DNA of 64,000 bases from Pachysolen tannophilus NRRL Y-2460 (taxonomy: Eukaryota). Shown piece after piece: positions 22,869 to 35,702 of the stretch. Each line of letters begins with the position of its first letter. The stretch's first letter is position 1. The notes under the pieces are model-generated. The model was given only the letters and a program-made list of their open reading frames with translations. It was not told the DNA's origin and did not search any database. The position numbers were made by a program, and so were the translations under genes. The stretch is taken from assembly GCA_001661245.1 (NCBI GenBank), contig KV454011.1, forward strand, positions 286,108 through 350,107, read 5' to 3'.

Positions 22869-23736
22869 GCTGTGCCTATTAATATTAATATTATATTATT
22901 CTTATTCTTATTCTTAATGTTGTTATATATATACACAATTCGACCAAAAGTATTCCAAAACTACTTTCCTTTTGATCTTAATTACTTTTTTTTAATTAAC
23001 CGCCGATAGAAAGAATGAATATCAGAAGGCAACAAAAAATAATAGAAATAAATAAATTATATTTTTTTTTTATAAAAAAAAAAGGATGCCTATTAAATCT
23101 TTAATCGTATTTGAAAACTCATTCACCTAATAATAAAAAGATCAAACTTTTAAAAAGGGTCTTGGAATCTCTTGTCAGAATTTATGCTAATTTTATGATT
23201 TATTCTATTATATTTTTGTTTACTATTTAAAAAAAGAAAGAAAAAAAATTTTTTTATGACATATATATATATTTATATATATATATATATATTATAAAGG
23301 AATGTTACTATATATATTAATTTCTTTATATATAGTGAAAGCCACCTTCACATATTATGTCTGAGATCAAACAGAAAACAAAGAAAAAAAAAATTTTTTT
23401 TTTTTTTTTGTTTCATACATTTTTACAGCGCCAAAAAAAAAAAAAAACGCCTAAAAAAGCGTTAAAAAGTAAAAAAAAGCAAAAAAAAGTATTAATTCGC
23501 GAAATTTTTTGGAGCTAAGCCTTTTGTAAGAGCCAGTAGTAGAGGAGGATGGTATCCTTCTTTGATCCCTAGTGTTTGCCCATAGAAGAAGGGGCAATAA
23601 TGAAAAGTTTTTGGTGGCTCTGTGATTTAAAACTTTTTATTTTTTTTTTAAGTTAAAAAATCTGATGAATGTATATATATATATTTTGGGGGTTAATAGT
23701 TTTTTTTACCAAGGAGGATATAGAATGTGCGTGTCA

Positions 23737-25242
23737 TTAGTGGGATGGGTTTTGTGTGTGGAAAGTTTTTAACCTGTGATAAATTTCCTCTTTTGTGAAG
23801 GGGAAATATTTTTGTATTAGTTTTTCCGTCACCGTGGACACTGCAGAAATTGTAGACGTTGTTGGCAGCACTGGAAGCACTGGCAGCGGTGCTACCGTTG
23901 ACTGCGATAACTTTTTTGAATGGGTTAGGTGCAGTGTCCGCTCATGCTCCGCAGATTCAACGGATTGTGGTGGTGCAAGCTGCGTTGAGTTCTGCGTTGG
24001 CTGCGCCAGCCCTAAATTAGCTTTATTTAAATCCTTTGAATTCAAATTTAAAGAATTTCCAGAATTTTTTCCGCAGCAGGAATAATATAAAATTGTATAT
24101 TCTCTGTAAAAATTCTCCTTCTCCTTGTCGGATAAGTCTATGTGTGAGAATTCTGATTTAAATTTTCTCCTGAATTCTATATAGTATAATTTTTTTTTCA
24201 ACTTGGGTATCTTGGAGTTAAGATATTCAATATACTGTAGAATGGGGTTATTGGCTAAGAATTCGTTGTAATCCTCCTCTTGGTGCTGTTCCAACGGCAG
24301 CAGCTGGGACTGCAGCAGCAGCAGAGTGAGCAGTAATTTTTCTTTGCACCATTCATCAAATATAGCTTTCCTCTGTTTGTTATTATCAACTACTAAAAAC
24401 CGTGGTTGCTCGATAAGTTTATCAATTTCTAAATCAAACGAACTATATGGATTTATACCAAGATCATCTAGTAATGACTTGAACTCATCTCTTGATGTAG
24501 AGTCTATATCGGTTTCAAAATCAGAAAAATTAATTCCCTCGTTGTCTGAAGAAACACTATCACTATCTATATCCAGAGTTTCCTCCAAACTATCTTCTTC
24601 TTCTTTTTCTTCTTTTTCTTCTTCTTCTTCTGAATCCTCTTCGCTTGATGATCCGTACCCTAATACCAACGGTTCAGTTGTAAAAAATTTTTCCTCTTTC
24701 AAATTTTTTTTCGAATCCGATCCTGACTCTATTCCAGATTCATCACACTTTGATGATGATGATGATGATGACACCAGTACCGCTACCGGCTTTGTTTCCG
24801 TTTCCTTGACCAAATATTTTTGCGATAAATAATTTTCATCTTTAACTTGTAATCGAAGTCCTCTTGCTTTTGCAATTAATAACAACATATCCAGTTTATC
24901 TAAATCTTGAATCTTGGCTCGTAACTCTTCATCTTGTTCAATTTCATCATAAATAACCCACTTAGAAACCAGTGTAACCTTATTATGATAAAATTTTCCA
25001 CCTCTAGAAGTTATAACCATTACCCAGTTGTTAACTAACCCAATCTCATATAATGGATCTCCATAATCATTTATATTAACTTGATTAAATTTACCATCTC
25101 TTTTACGAAATTTCTCACTTCGTACTACTGGTCTTTCATTATTCATCTTCGATTTTAATTGAACATTTTCAATATTATCATAATACAGGTCTAGAATACC
25201 AGTCCCGTGTTCTAACCAACTCGATTTAGTTTCTTCCGTCAT
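23737..25242 (-). CDS. URN1: WW/FF-domain splicing-associated protein (Urn1/TCERG1-like)
   Basis: WW-like WVMVITSRGGKFYHNKVTLVSKW; LGYGSSSEE; FF domain FKSLLDDLGINPYSSF...RKAIFDEWC. Neighbouring genes match the URN1 region of S. cerevisiae. Confidence 0.72.
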   Translation of the reverse strand: MTEETKSSWLEHGTGILDLYYDNIENVQLKSKMNNERPVVRSEKFRKRDGKFNQVNINDYGDPLYEIGLVNNWVMVITSRGGKFYHNKVTLVSKWVIYDEIEQDEELRAKIQDLDKLDMLLLIAKARGLRLQVKDENYLSQKYLVKETETKPVAVLVSSSSSSSKCDESGIESGSDSKKNLKEEKFFTTEPLVLGYGSSSEEDSEEEEEKEEKEEEDSLEETLDIDSDSVSSDNEGINFSDFETDIDSTSRDEFKSLLDDLGINPYSSFDLEIDKLIEQPRFLVVDNNKQRKAIFDEWCKEKLLLTLLLLQSQLLPLEQHQEEDYNEFLANNPILQYIEYLNSKIPKLKKKLYYIEFRRKFKSEFSHIDLSDKEKENFYREYTILYYSCCGKNSGNSLNLNSKDLNKANLGLAQPTQNSTQLAPPQSVESAEHERTLHLTHSKKLSQSTVAPLPVLPVLPTTSTISAVSTVTEKLIQKYFPFTKEEIYHRLKTFHTQNPSH

Positions 25243-25363
25243 AATGTTTTTAAATCGTATTTCGTATTAAATAACTACTTAACAAACTACGCACTACTTA
25301 AAATTGGAAAAAAATAACTGAAAAGTAAAATAAATCAAATTTATATATAATAAATATATATAA

Positions 25364-26394
<1,031 letters not shown>

Positions 26395-26660
26395 TCATAT
26401 ATACTACTTATTTTTTTTTATTTCTATTATCTCTTTCCATTCTTATTATATCTTTTAGAATGAATGAATGCTCTTCTCTTAAATTAGTTAAATTTATCGT
26501 CGTGTTCAATTGTAACAAAATTGTTTGTTCTTTTTACCAAAAAAAAAAAGTAAAAATTGAAGAAAACAACTAAAAAAATGAGTTGCCACTAATAAAACCC
26601 ATATAAAATAAATAGATTATTTAATTTAAATATATTAAGAATTGATAATAATCTTTAGGA

Positions 26661-27639
26661 ATGTCAAGACCAGTGGAATTTCTATCTAGTATGTAAGAAT
26701 TTTGATATAATTTATTTTGAAAGTTTTTTGTTTTTTTTTTTTTTTTTTTTTTAGAAAAAGAGAATGTGTTAAACTAACTAACTAACTTTAATTTTTTACT
26801 TTTTTTTTTTTTTAGGAATCGCAATTCCAGCAGGAATAGCTATTACAGCTGCTCAATATAGTATGTACGATGTTAAAGGTGGTTCAAGAGCAGTTATTTT
26901 TGATAGATTTGAAGGTGTGAAGCAACTGGTTATTGGTGAGGGTACACATTTCTTGGTTCCATGGCTTCAAAAAGCTATTGTTTTTGATGTTAGAACTAGA
27001 CCAAGAAATATTACTACTGTTACTGGATCAAAAGATTTACAACAAGTTTCACTTACTCTTAGAGTTTTGCATAGACCAGATATAGGAAATTTGCCAAATA
27101 TTTATCAACATTTGGGTCTTGATTATGATGAAAGAGTTCTACCATCTATTGGTAATGAAGTTTTGAAAAGTATTGTTGCTCAATTTGATGCTGCAGAATT
27201 AATTACTCAACGTGAAATTGTTTCACAAAGAATTCGTCAAGAATTATCGACAAGAGCAAAAGAGTTTAATATTAAATTAGAAGATGTATCAATTACTCAT
27301 TTGACATTTGGTAGAGAATTTACAAAAGCTGTTGAAAGAAAACAAATTGCACAACAAGATGCTGAAAGACTGAAATTTCTTGTTGAAAAAGCTGAACAAA
27401 CAAGACAGGCTTCGGTTATTAGAGCAGAAGGTGAAGCAGAAGCAGCAGATCATATTTCAAAAGCTTTGGCCAAAAATGGTGATGGGTTATTGTTAATTAG
27501 AAGAATTGAAGCATCAAAAGAGATTGCAGCAACCTTAGCAAACTCTCCAAATGTTACATACTTGCCAGGTAAGACTACTGGTGGTAGTGGTGGTGATGGT
27601 GGTAATAACAATTCTTTATTGCTTAATATTGGACGTTAA
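26661..27639 (+). CDS. PHB1: Prohibitin 1, one intron
   Basis: Exon1 26661-26688, intron 26689-26815 (GTATGT...ACTAAC x3...TAG), exon2 26816-27639, 283 aa. Motifs [37 protein letters not shown]. Confidence 0.96.
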
Positions 27640-28847
27640 AAAAAGAAAAGAACTTTTTATTAGTTTTTTTTTTTTTTTTTTTTTTTTGCCAATTTTTGCC
27701 AGAGTTTTCAAGATTTAAACTAATTCAATAATATTTTTTTATTTGGTTTTAAACTGATTTTTTGTATATAGCTTTTATTTTATTATATTTTCATTTTTTT
27801 ATTTAATATTTCACTCTTAACATTTAACTTAATATAGTAAAGAAATTATTCAATGGTTTAGTCAAACTTATATAAAAGAATTTCCTCTTTTGGAATAAGG
27901 TTTGGGTGCGCTGTACGGTGTATTAAAAAAAGAACAAAAAACTTTCAAAATTCAATTCAACTTAAGAAGATTGGTTCTTTTTGAGCAGTTTAAATTGGAA
28001 AGTATAAGTTATAGAGATAATTCTTAGGAAAGAAATTGAATTAAAATAATTTCCCAAAATGTATGTTTACATCTTCAATAAAAAAAAACCTTGTGAATTG
28101 CTGTTCAATAATAATATCACCGTTGAAAATAAAAGCGAATGCGAATTAAATAAAATATAATAGTAAAATTACAAATAAATTTATTAAAAATAATTAATTA
28201 CACACTAATGTCACCTAGTATAATAGTCAACTAAAAGAATAGTGAAAAGATTAAAATGGTGACATTCTCAATTTTTTCATTATTAAAAAAAAATTCAATA
28301 AAAGATAAAACAAGTAAAAAAGAATCACTCTTGGAAAGAAAAAAAAAAACAAAAAAAAAAAACAGCATTTGTTTAAAAAATTGTCAATCTCCTTTTCTTT
28401 CTTTTTTTCCGGAGTTTTTGATTGTTCATCTTTCTTTCCCTCTCTCTCTTTTCCCCGTGGTATATAAACGCAATTCCTTAAAGCTCCATTAATTGATGTA
28501 CTTTCTTTTTTCCTTTTTGGTATGTAAATTAAATTGTAGGAAGGGAGAAATTGCTGAAAGAAGAAGAAGAAGAAGAATAAGAAAAAAAAAAAAATTAAAA
28601 TAAAAGGAAAGGATAACTCATCAAAAATAAAAATAAAAATAAAATAAAATAAAATGAATTTAGAATATGAAAAGCAAATTCACCAAATTCTGGTCAAAAT
28701 GTTATGATAAAATTAACAACAAAATAAAATAAAAAATTAACGAAAAGTAGTTATTGAATTTCATAAAACGCTTAGTAATTTATCTTTAAAAGAACAATAT
28801 CAAAAAAAAAAAAATAAAAAATAAAACGAGTTTCTTTTTTAATTCTC

Positions 28848-29369
28848 TTAAACTTGAGTCATTGTTGGGACACCTGTACTTGGAGCTCTTTTTGTTGAAG
28901 TTCTGAAACCAAAAGCACCATTTTTAATTAATGAAATGATTTGGAAAATCAATGAAATTAAAAAGACAAAGAAACTGAAATACAAAAATGCAACAGTTGC
29001 TTGTGCTTTTCTACATCTATCTGTTGAACCTTGTGCAACCTTGTTACTACTCAAATAAGAGCTGTTTGTACATGAATGGCATCTAATTGCCGCAGCCAAA
29101 GCACATCCACCTGCAAATGTGAATACAGTGTTCAAGAAATCCAATGTAACCAACAAAGCTGGCCAAGCTAAAATCTCAATAAAATAAGCCAACAACCCAT
29201 AAATTGAAGAAAATAATATACCAAACGCACCTGCAAAAATTACATAGTTAACTTGAGGATTATGTTGACTAATCGTTGTAGCAGCCAATGAACCAGATAA
29301 ACCAATAATAATAACCAAGAATGCAAAGTTTATGCCTCTCAATACAACATCACCAATTGAAAGTGCCAT
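28848..29369 (-). CDS. NCE102: MARVEL-domain eisosome tetraspan protein Nce102/Fhn1
   Basis: Four TM segments; LRGINFAFLVI, HNPQVNY, RCHSCTNSSYL, RCRKAQA, C-terminal GVPTMTQV. Confidence 0.93.
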   Translation of the reverse strand: MALSIGDVVLRGINFAFLVIIIGLSGSLAATTISQHNPQVNYVIFAGAFGILFSSIYGLLAYFIEILAWPALLVTLDFLNTVFTFAGGCALAAAIRCHSCTNSSYLSSNKVAQGSTDRCRKAQATVAFLYFSFFVFLISLIFQIISLIKNGAFGFRTSTKRAPSTGVPTMTQV

Positions 29370-31877
29370 TTTTCAAAATCTATACTTTTTATTTTAATTA
29401 TTTTTCTTTTTTTTTTTCTAATACAAATAAATAAAAAATACCTTCAATTTATTTATACTTATATTATTAAATTTTAAAAATTGTCTCTACTGCAATTCTT
29501 AACTTCTTTTTTTGTATTTTTAGTTTTTTTTTCTTTCTTATTATTAAGAAAATCTAGCAATATAATTAAATGTATTTAAACAGTTTTAAACAGTGAGAGT
29601 TAAAAAGAGAATTAATTGATTCTTCTTTTTTTTTTTTTGAAAAACAAATTTATAATTAATTGTTATATTTTTTAAAAAATATAAAATAAAATAAATTAAA
29701 AAAATTTTAAAATAATATATTACAAAATGATTAATGGCAAATTGCCTAGTTTATATTATGTTCTGTAGTTATATAGAATTTCAAGCAACTTAAAAATAAT
29801 TTAATAATAATATGCTTTTTCTTTTAACTAAAAAGCGGGAAACTTGTACTATCCGAAAAGAGGACAATGTCATGCAAGTTGGTATGGAAACATAATAGGC
29901 GTATTGCATGGGTTCCTTTTTAAAGAGGTGTAAAAAAAAAAAATATATATCCCAAGAGAGAAAAGAAAAGAAAAGAAAAGAAAACTATTTAATTAGTTAA
30001 GTTAGATGGAATGATGAATTAGCCATTCATTATTTATTGAAAATTAATAGTTTATACTATCTATGGTGGTGTATGTAAGTTAATAAATGAATGATAAATG
30101 ATAAAATAATAAATTTTAGTTTTTCGTAATTCACCACCACCCCAATGTAAGAAGAGAATTGTCTGGAAGTAAAGTTTTTTTTTTTCCCTTGTATTACCGA
30201 TCTTAGCTGCACGGTATATTATTTTTATATTGTTGCTATGATGACCTTAAAATGTTTTGATAATAGTGGAATAGTCCCCCCCCCTTTATTATTATTATTT
30301 TTTTTTTTAACATCTTACTTCTTAAGATAGAAAAGAAAAAAATGACAGTTTTTACGTGCGTACCAGGCGTGTGCTCCACCTATTACTAGTATTACTAGTA
30401 TTTAATTAATAATATTTATTCATCAATTTATTATCTATTATCAAGATGATATGCGAAATAGTGACCGCGGAGTTTAGTTAACTTGCTCTCAATGATTTTC
30501 AAATTTGCAACCAATTTTGTGAATAGAAAGAAGTTTAATTTTTGAACACTGTTAAATCACGTACATATGGATCATCGAATGTAAAATAATAAAAATAGCA
30601 AGAACATGGGCGTCATTTTTTTCGTAAAAGTGTAATGGTTGGTTGGTTGGTTGGTTAATTGGTTAGTTTCAGTAGGTTAAAACCTATATAGTAGGTAGTA
30701 ATACTAAAGTAATAGTAGTGGTTGTTGAATTTCTGCAGCATTTCTCTTCTGGGATAGCACGCTGGAACTCAAGGCAAAGACAAAGACAAAGACCATAGGT
30801 TGTTGTTCTTTGTTTAAGACGGACTACATGTCAAATTTCCTATTCCAGAACTACACTTAAGTCCCAAAGAGGAAATTTGTATATATATTTTTTTATTCTT
30901 CTTTCGGATAATGACACCTTTCTTTACAGGAGAAGTAATGATGTTTACAATTTGCCATAAAGGGTAAAGTGATAACACTTTAACTACCGGCAACTAAAAA
31001 AAAAAAAATAAAAAAATTAAACTTCCTTCCTTATTCTTTTCTAGAAAGAATAAAAGGAAAAAAAAAAAATTCTTGTTTTCACCATCAACAAGAAAGTTTT
31101 TTTTTTTTTTTTTTTTAGTCCTGCTTAAAAAGCTTAATCTTAATGAAAAGAAACTTGTGAAGTTTAATTTCGATAAAGAAGAAATTTTTGTATTGTCATG
31201 TGTAAACCAAAAGAGAATTGAATTTTTGACCCAAACGTTTAAAAACTAATCTCTTTTTTTTTTTTTTTATAGTTCCATCGCCATAAAACCAATACCATAA
31301 TAACTTATTTTCTTTTTCTTTTGCGCCATTCACGTGATGACGGCTGTTGGTGGTTTTCATAATCCATCACTTACTTACTATACTGACCAACACCAATCTA
31401 CCTCATCGAATGTTTGTACATATATGTATGTAAGTATGTGTATCATCGGCATCTTTTTCGGCAATCGGAACAAAATAGAAAAAAAAAAAAAAAAAAAATA
31501 GTTAACACCAGCCACAACTAGTCAGTGCCTGTTTCATCTAGTTTAATAGAGTAAGTGTGGCTTTACTTTTTTTTACTTTACTTTACTTTACTTTACATTT
31601 TTTGTTTTTTTCCAAGTAAGTTTCCTGTTGTGGTACTTTGTGGCTATGCGCGCACTTTCTTTCTTACTTTCTAGTAATAAAACGTTAATTGCGGTCCGTC
31701 AGTTAGTCCGTAAGTCAAGTAAATCAGTTAAGTGTTTTAACAATTTTTCTTTTATCTTAGATTTAAAATTTTATTTAAATCAATAAATTATTGAAAAAGA
31801 AATTTATTGATTGTGTTGATATTTTTACAGGTTACTTTTTTTTTCTTTTTTTGATTTTTGGTTTTAATTTGATAAAC

Positions 31878-32630
31878 ATGTCAAAGGCATCAATCAACCG
31901 TTCATTGGCCACTGTTCGAACAGAACTTGAGTTTCTTCAAGATTCTGATGTTATTACTCCAAAATTATATGAATTTATTTTGAAAAAATTACCACAACAT
32001 TATACCGATGGTATGAGTCCCTATGATTTAGAATCTGAGAATTCTATTAATCAAGGAAATGTTTCCGAGAAATTATCTTCATTGAGTGTTGATGATGAAA
32101 AACAAGATCATTCTTCATTGCCACCACCTCCACTGTATCCTCCACAACAACAACAACAACAACATTCTCAAGTACTTGGTTACGCAGAAGCATTATACGA
32201 TTTTCAAAAACAAGAACCAACAGATTTGGAATTACATAAAGGCGATAAAATTACAATTTATGAAAAACCTTCTGCTGATTGGTGGAAAGGTACTATTGGT
32301 AATGCAAGTGGTATGTTCCCATCAAACTATGTTAGAGTCTTTGATGGTAACCCTCAAACTTACCCTTATGAAAAACAATCTTATAATAATAGTAATACAA
32401 GTCAACCACAATATCCACCACCACAAGGTTCACCTTCTGGTTATTATCCTCCTCCACAGCCAATTGTTCAACAACCACCCCAACAACAGCCAGTTGTAGT
32501 TCAGCAGCAACTGCAACAAAGCCAAAGTAATCATTCTGGCTTTAAAAGATTTGGTAAACAGTTGAAAGATGCAGCTGTGTTTGGTGCTGGTGCTACTATT
32601 GGTTCCGATATTGTTAATAGTATTCTTTAA
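31878..32630 (+). CDS. PIN3: SH3-domain, Q/P-rich Las17-binding protein Pin3/Lsb1
   Basis: N-terminus MSKASINRSLATVRTELEFL; SH3 AEALYDF...WWKG...GMFPSNYV; C-terminus FGAGATIGSDIVNSIL. First ATG is at 31878. Confidence 0.92.
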   Translation: MSKASINRSLATVRTELEFLQDSDVITPKLYEFILKKLPQHYTDGMSPYDLESENSINQGNVSEKLSSLSVDDEKQDHSSLPPPPLYPPQQQQQQHSQVLGYAEALYDFQKQEPTDLELHKGDKITIYEKPSADWWKGTIGNASGMFPSNYVRVFDGNPQTYPYEKQSYNNSNTSQPQYPPPQGSPSGYYPPPQPIVQQPPQQQPVVVQQQLQQSQSNHSGFKRFGKQLKDAAVFGAGATIGSDIVNSIL

Positions 32631-32979
32631 ATGTGAACTGTGAACTTAATTTTTTTTTATTTTTCTCGTTCTTTAAAATCATTTTGTTTTTTTTTTTTTG
32701 TTTTTGTTTGGTTACCTTGTGTGTCTTGGATATCATTAGGAGATTCCTAGGACTGGTTTAAGTGGTTAATTTACTTATCTACATAATATAGATATATATA
32801 TATATATATGAATAAATACAACATATATTTGTCTTTTTGTTCTATTAAAGTTGTTAAATTGTTGAGTTACAATGTTTTCAGAGGAGATAATTATGTAAAA
32901 ATACTTTTCAATTCAAGAGTTTTTTCAATTTTTCTTATTTAACTATACAAAAATACAGTATATATTAAAACTAAAACCA

Positions 32980-35133
32980 CTAATCAAGATAAGATCCATA
33001 AACATTCCAGATCCTATTAACTGTATTTAGTCTTGATTCCAAACTTAAATTTTTATCGTTTAAATCGTTCAAATCCCTTATCCAATCATCTCTCATTCCA
33101 ATCGGTAAAACATTCAAACCTTTATATCTAAGACTAACAGTCTCTAATAACAACATACCTTCTTCAAAATAAACATTTCTTTCATCCGTATCATCACTGT
33201 CATCGTTGCTATTCATTGACAAATTGATTAATCTTTCAACGTGGTTCAAACTAGTTCTAATTTCTAATTTTAAACCAACAGAAAATTTACTGATATAACC
33301 ATTCTTGAGGTAATTTTTAAAATTTGCTAAAGCATAATATAAAACTAATAATGATGGTGATGCAGCAACAACACCGAAAACTAGTTCCTGAGATTTCAAT
33401 AATTTATCAATTCCAGACATTGCAATTGCACCATCTACTTTAAGTTTTTGAATTTGAATCAATAACGTTCTTAATAATTCACCTTTAATTAAATTCCTAA
33501 TAGGATTTTTTAATTCAGTTTCATAGTTTTTCATAATAGGTGTCAAATCACCTTGTGCAATTAAATCTTCTAATGCTTTAATGTCCAGTTGACTAAGTGA
33601 ACTTCTGTTTTGGTCGATGGTAAAATCAATAACCATTCTTTCTAAAGATTGTAAATCGGAATTAAGAGATTGTTGAGACATGATTGCAATTTGAGAATTT
33701 GAATCATGCTTAACTGTAGCTAAAATATTTTGAAAAGGTTTTAATAACCAATTTTTATAAAAACCAACAACCGTACCAATTAAATTTTCTCTTATCCAAT
33801 TTTTAATTTTATCATGATTAACTATGAAATAAGAAGAAATAGATGGTAAATAAGCAATTGAAAGTAATAAGATAAACCAATATTTAATTAAAAATCTAGG
33901 TTCACCATTTTCTAATTGAATTTTTTCAATTGATATTTTCTGAGAGGGTAAAGATTCATAAGCAATCTTAAACAATTTTTGAAATGATTCATTTAAATTA
34001 ATTGCTTCTGTTTTAACATTAAGTTTATTAATATCAAATTGGATATTAATATCGTTATTCGCTCCTTCAAAAACAATATACATCTTATTAATAATTTCAG
34101 AAGCTTTTTCAAAAGTCTTTTCATTTTCAACATTTTCTATAGTACCAAATGACAGCAGATTATTATAATCAAATTTTTTATAAGTAGGTAATTCATTAAT
34201 TAAAAATCCCAATTTTTCCAGATTTTTTTTCTGTAAATTGATTAAATTTTTACGTTTATTTAAAATTTCTTCTCTTATTGAATATAAAGGAGTTCCTAAA
34301 ATTGTAACCAAATAATTTTTAAAAATTGAATATGTCTTTTTAGTAGTATTACTAGTATGATTTTTAATATCAATTAAAAACAAATTTGGAGAAACAATTT
34401 TTTTAAAATTTTTATAAATTGCACTTAGTAAGATTTCTTTAAATTGAATTAATTTATAGTATAAATAATGATAATTATTTGATAACCATCTTGGAGGTTG
34501 AGAAACAGCTGTACCTGCACCAGTGGCAATTGCTCTAGTACCTACCACTGAAGTATTAATCAAATCGGTATAAATATTTTTGGTGAATGAAAACAAATTA
34601 ACTGGAAGATTTTGTAATAAAAATATACCAAATGAAACATTTGAATTAATTAAATTATTATAATATTGTAAATCTGAATCTAATGGTATAGTCGATTTCA
34701 ACAATTGAAATGAACTTACCAAATAAATTAACAATAAAGAATATAAGATAATCAATTTTTCTAAATTTGTAGAAACAAATTTAACTTGTTTCTGTAAATC
34801 ATTATCCAAAGTATCAAGATTTGGCTTTATCTTTGATTCATAAATTGAACCTTTATTAAAAGGCTTTAAAATATCAACAATTAACGAAATCTTCAATTTT
34901 TTAGGTTGACCACTATCATCTTTATTTAATAATCCATTAGAAAGAGAATAAATTTTATAAAAAGCAGATTGAATCTCCAATAAATTTTCTCCCAAACCTT
35001 TATTACCAGCAACAATTTGAGAATTGCTATTAATATCTAGCTCATTAATCTTTGAAAGTAACGTATGAGAATAATTATCCAACAAGTACAAATTTGACTT
35101 GATATTATGATTGATAATACTATTCATACTCAT
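32980..35133 (-). CDS. NCA2: Nuclear control of ATPase protein Nca2
   Basis: Motifs GFYKNWLLKP, SLNSDLQSLERMVIDF, GDLTPIMKNYE, LIQIQKLKVDGAIAMSGIDKLLKSQELVFGVVAASP. Confidence 0.92.
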   Translation of the reverse strand: MSMNSIINHNIKSNLYLLDNYSHTLLSKINELDINSNSQIVAGNKGLGENLLEIQSAFYKIYSLSNGLLNKDDSGQPKKLKISLIVDILKPFNKGSIYESKIKPNLDTLDNDLQKQVKFVSTNLEKLIILYSLLLIYLVSSFQLLKSTIPLDSDLQYYNNLINSNVSFGIFLLQNLPVNLFSFTKNIYTDLINTSVVGTRAIATGAGTAVSQPPRWLSNNYHYLYYKLIQFKEILLSAIYKNFKKIVSPNLFLIDIKNHTSNTTKKTYSIFKNYLVTILGTPLYSIREEILNKRKNLINLQKKNLEKLGFLINELPTYKKFDYNNLLSFGTIENVENEKTFEKASEIINKMYIVFEGANNDINIQFDINKLNVKTEAINLNESFQKLFKIAYESLPSQKISIEKIQLENGEPRFLIKYWFILLLSIAYLPSISSYFIVNHDKIKNWIRENLIGTVVGFYKNWLLKPFQNILATVKHDSNSQIAIMSQQSLNSDLQSLERMVIDFTIDQNRSSLSQLDIKALEDLIAQGDLTPIMKNYETELKNPIRNLIKGELLRTLLIQIQKLKVDGAIAMSGIDKLLKSQELVFGVVAASPSLLVLYYALANFKNYLKNGYISKFSVGLKLEIRTSLNHVERLINLSMNSNDDSDDTDERNVYFEEGMLLLETVSLRYKGLNVLPIGMRDDWIRDLNDLNDKNLSLESRLNTVNRIWNVYGSYLD

Positions 35134-35546
35134 CTACCACTCTATAGTTACCATTACTCTCTTCTCAACACACCCAATTGAAATACAATTCAAATTATAA
35201 CTATTACTATTACTACTACTCCCAACTGATTGCTCTTTATATATATAACGATGAAAATTATCACCAAAGATCATCACTTCCCAATAAGGAAATAAATATT
35301 AATTTCCTAATTTGGGTTTTTTGCTATTTTTTTTTTTGTTTTTTTTTTTGTTTTAATTTGATTTGAGCGGTAAAGGTACAAAACAAAAACATATAACCAC
35401 AAAACATATTATAAATAAAGAGAACTGGGTTTAATAAAAAAAAAATTGAGATTTATCTACAGAAAGTTTGTATTTTGCTAATCTGTCATCAGAGATTATC
35501 AGCGGTTACTTGAGATTATTGGGGGAATCTAAATTTTGGTGGCGAT

Positions 35547-35649
35547 ATGGATAAGGAAAATATAATAATACCAAGAACGCCAACGCGGTTTGATGAGAGA
35601 CAACATAGAAAGATAAAGAAACTTGTGACTACTCCACCAGTCAAGAAAG

Positions 35650-35702
<53 letters not shown>

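Noticed and set aside
31330..31337. TCACGTGA as CDEI of a point centromere
   Set aside because: No long AT-only CDEII followed by a properly spaced CDEIII. An ordinary E-box is more likely.
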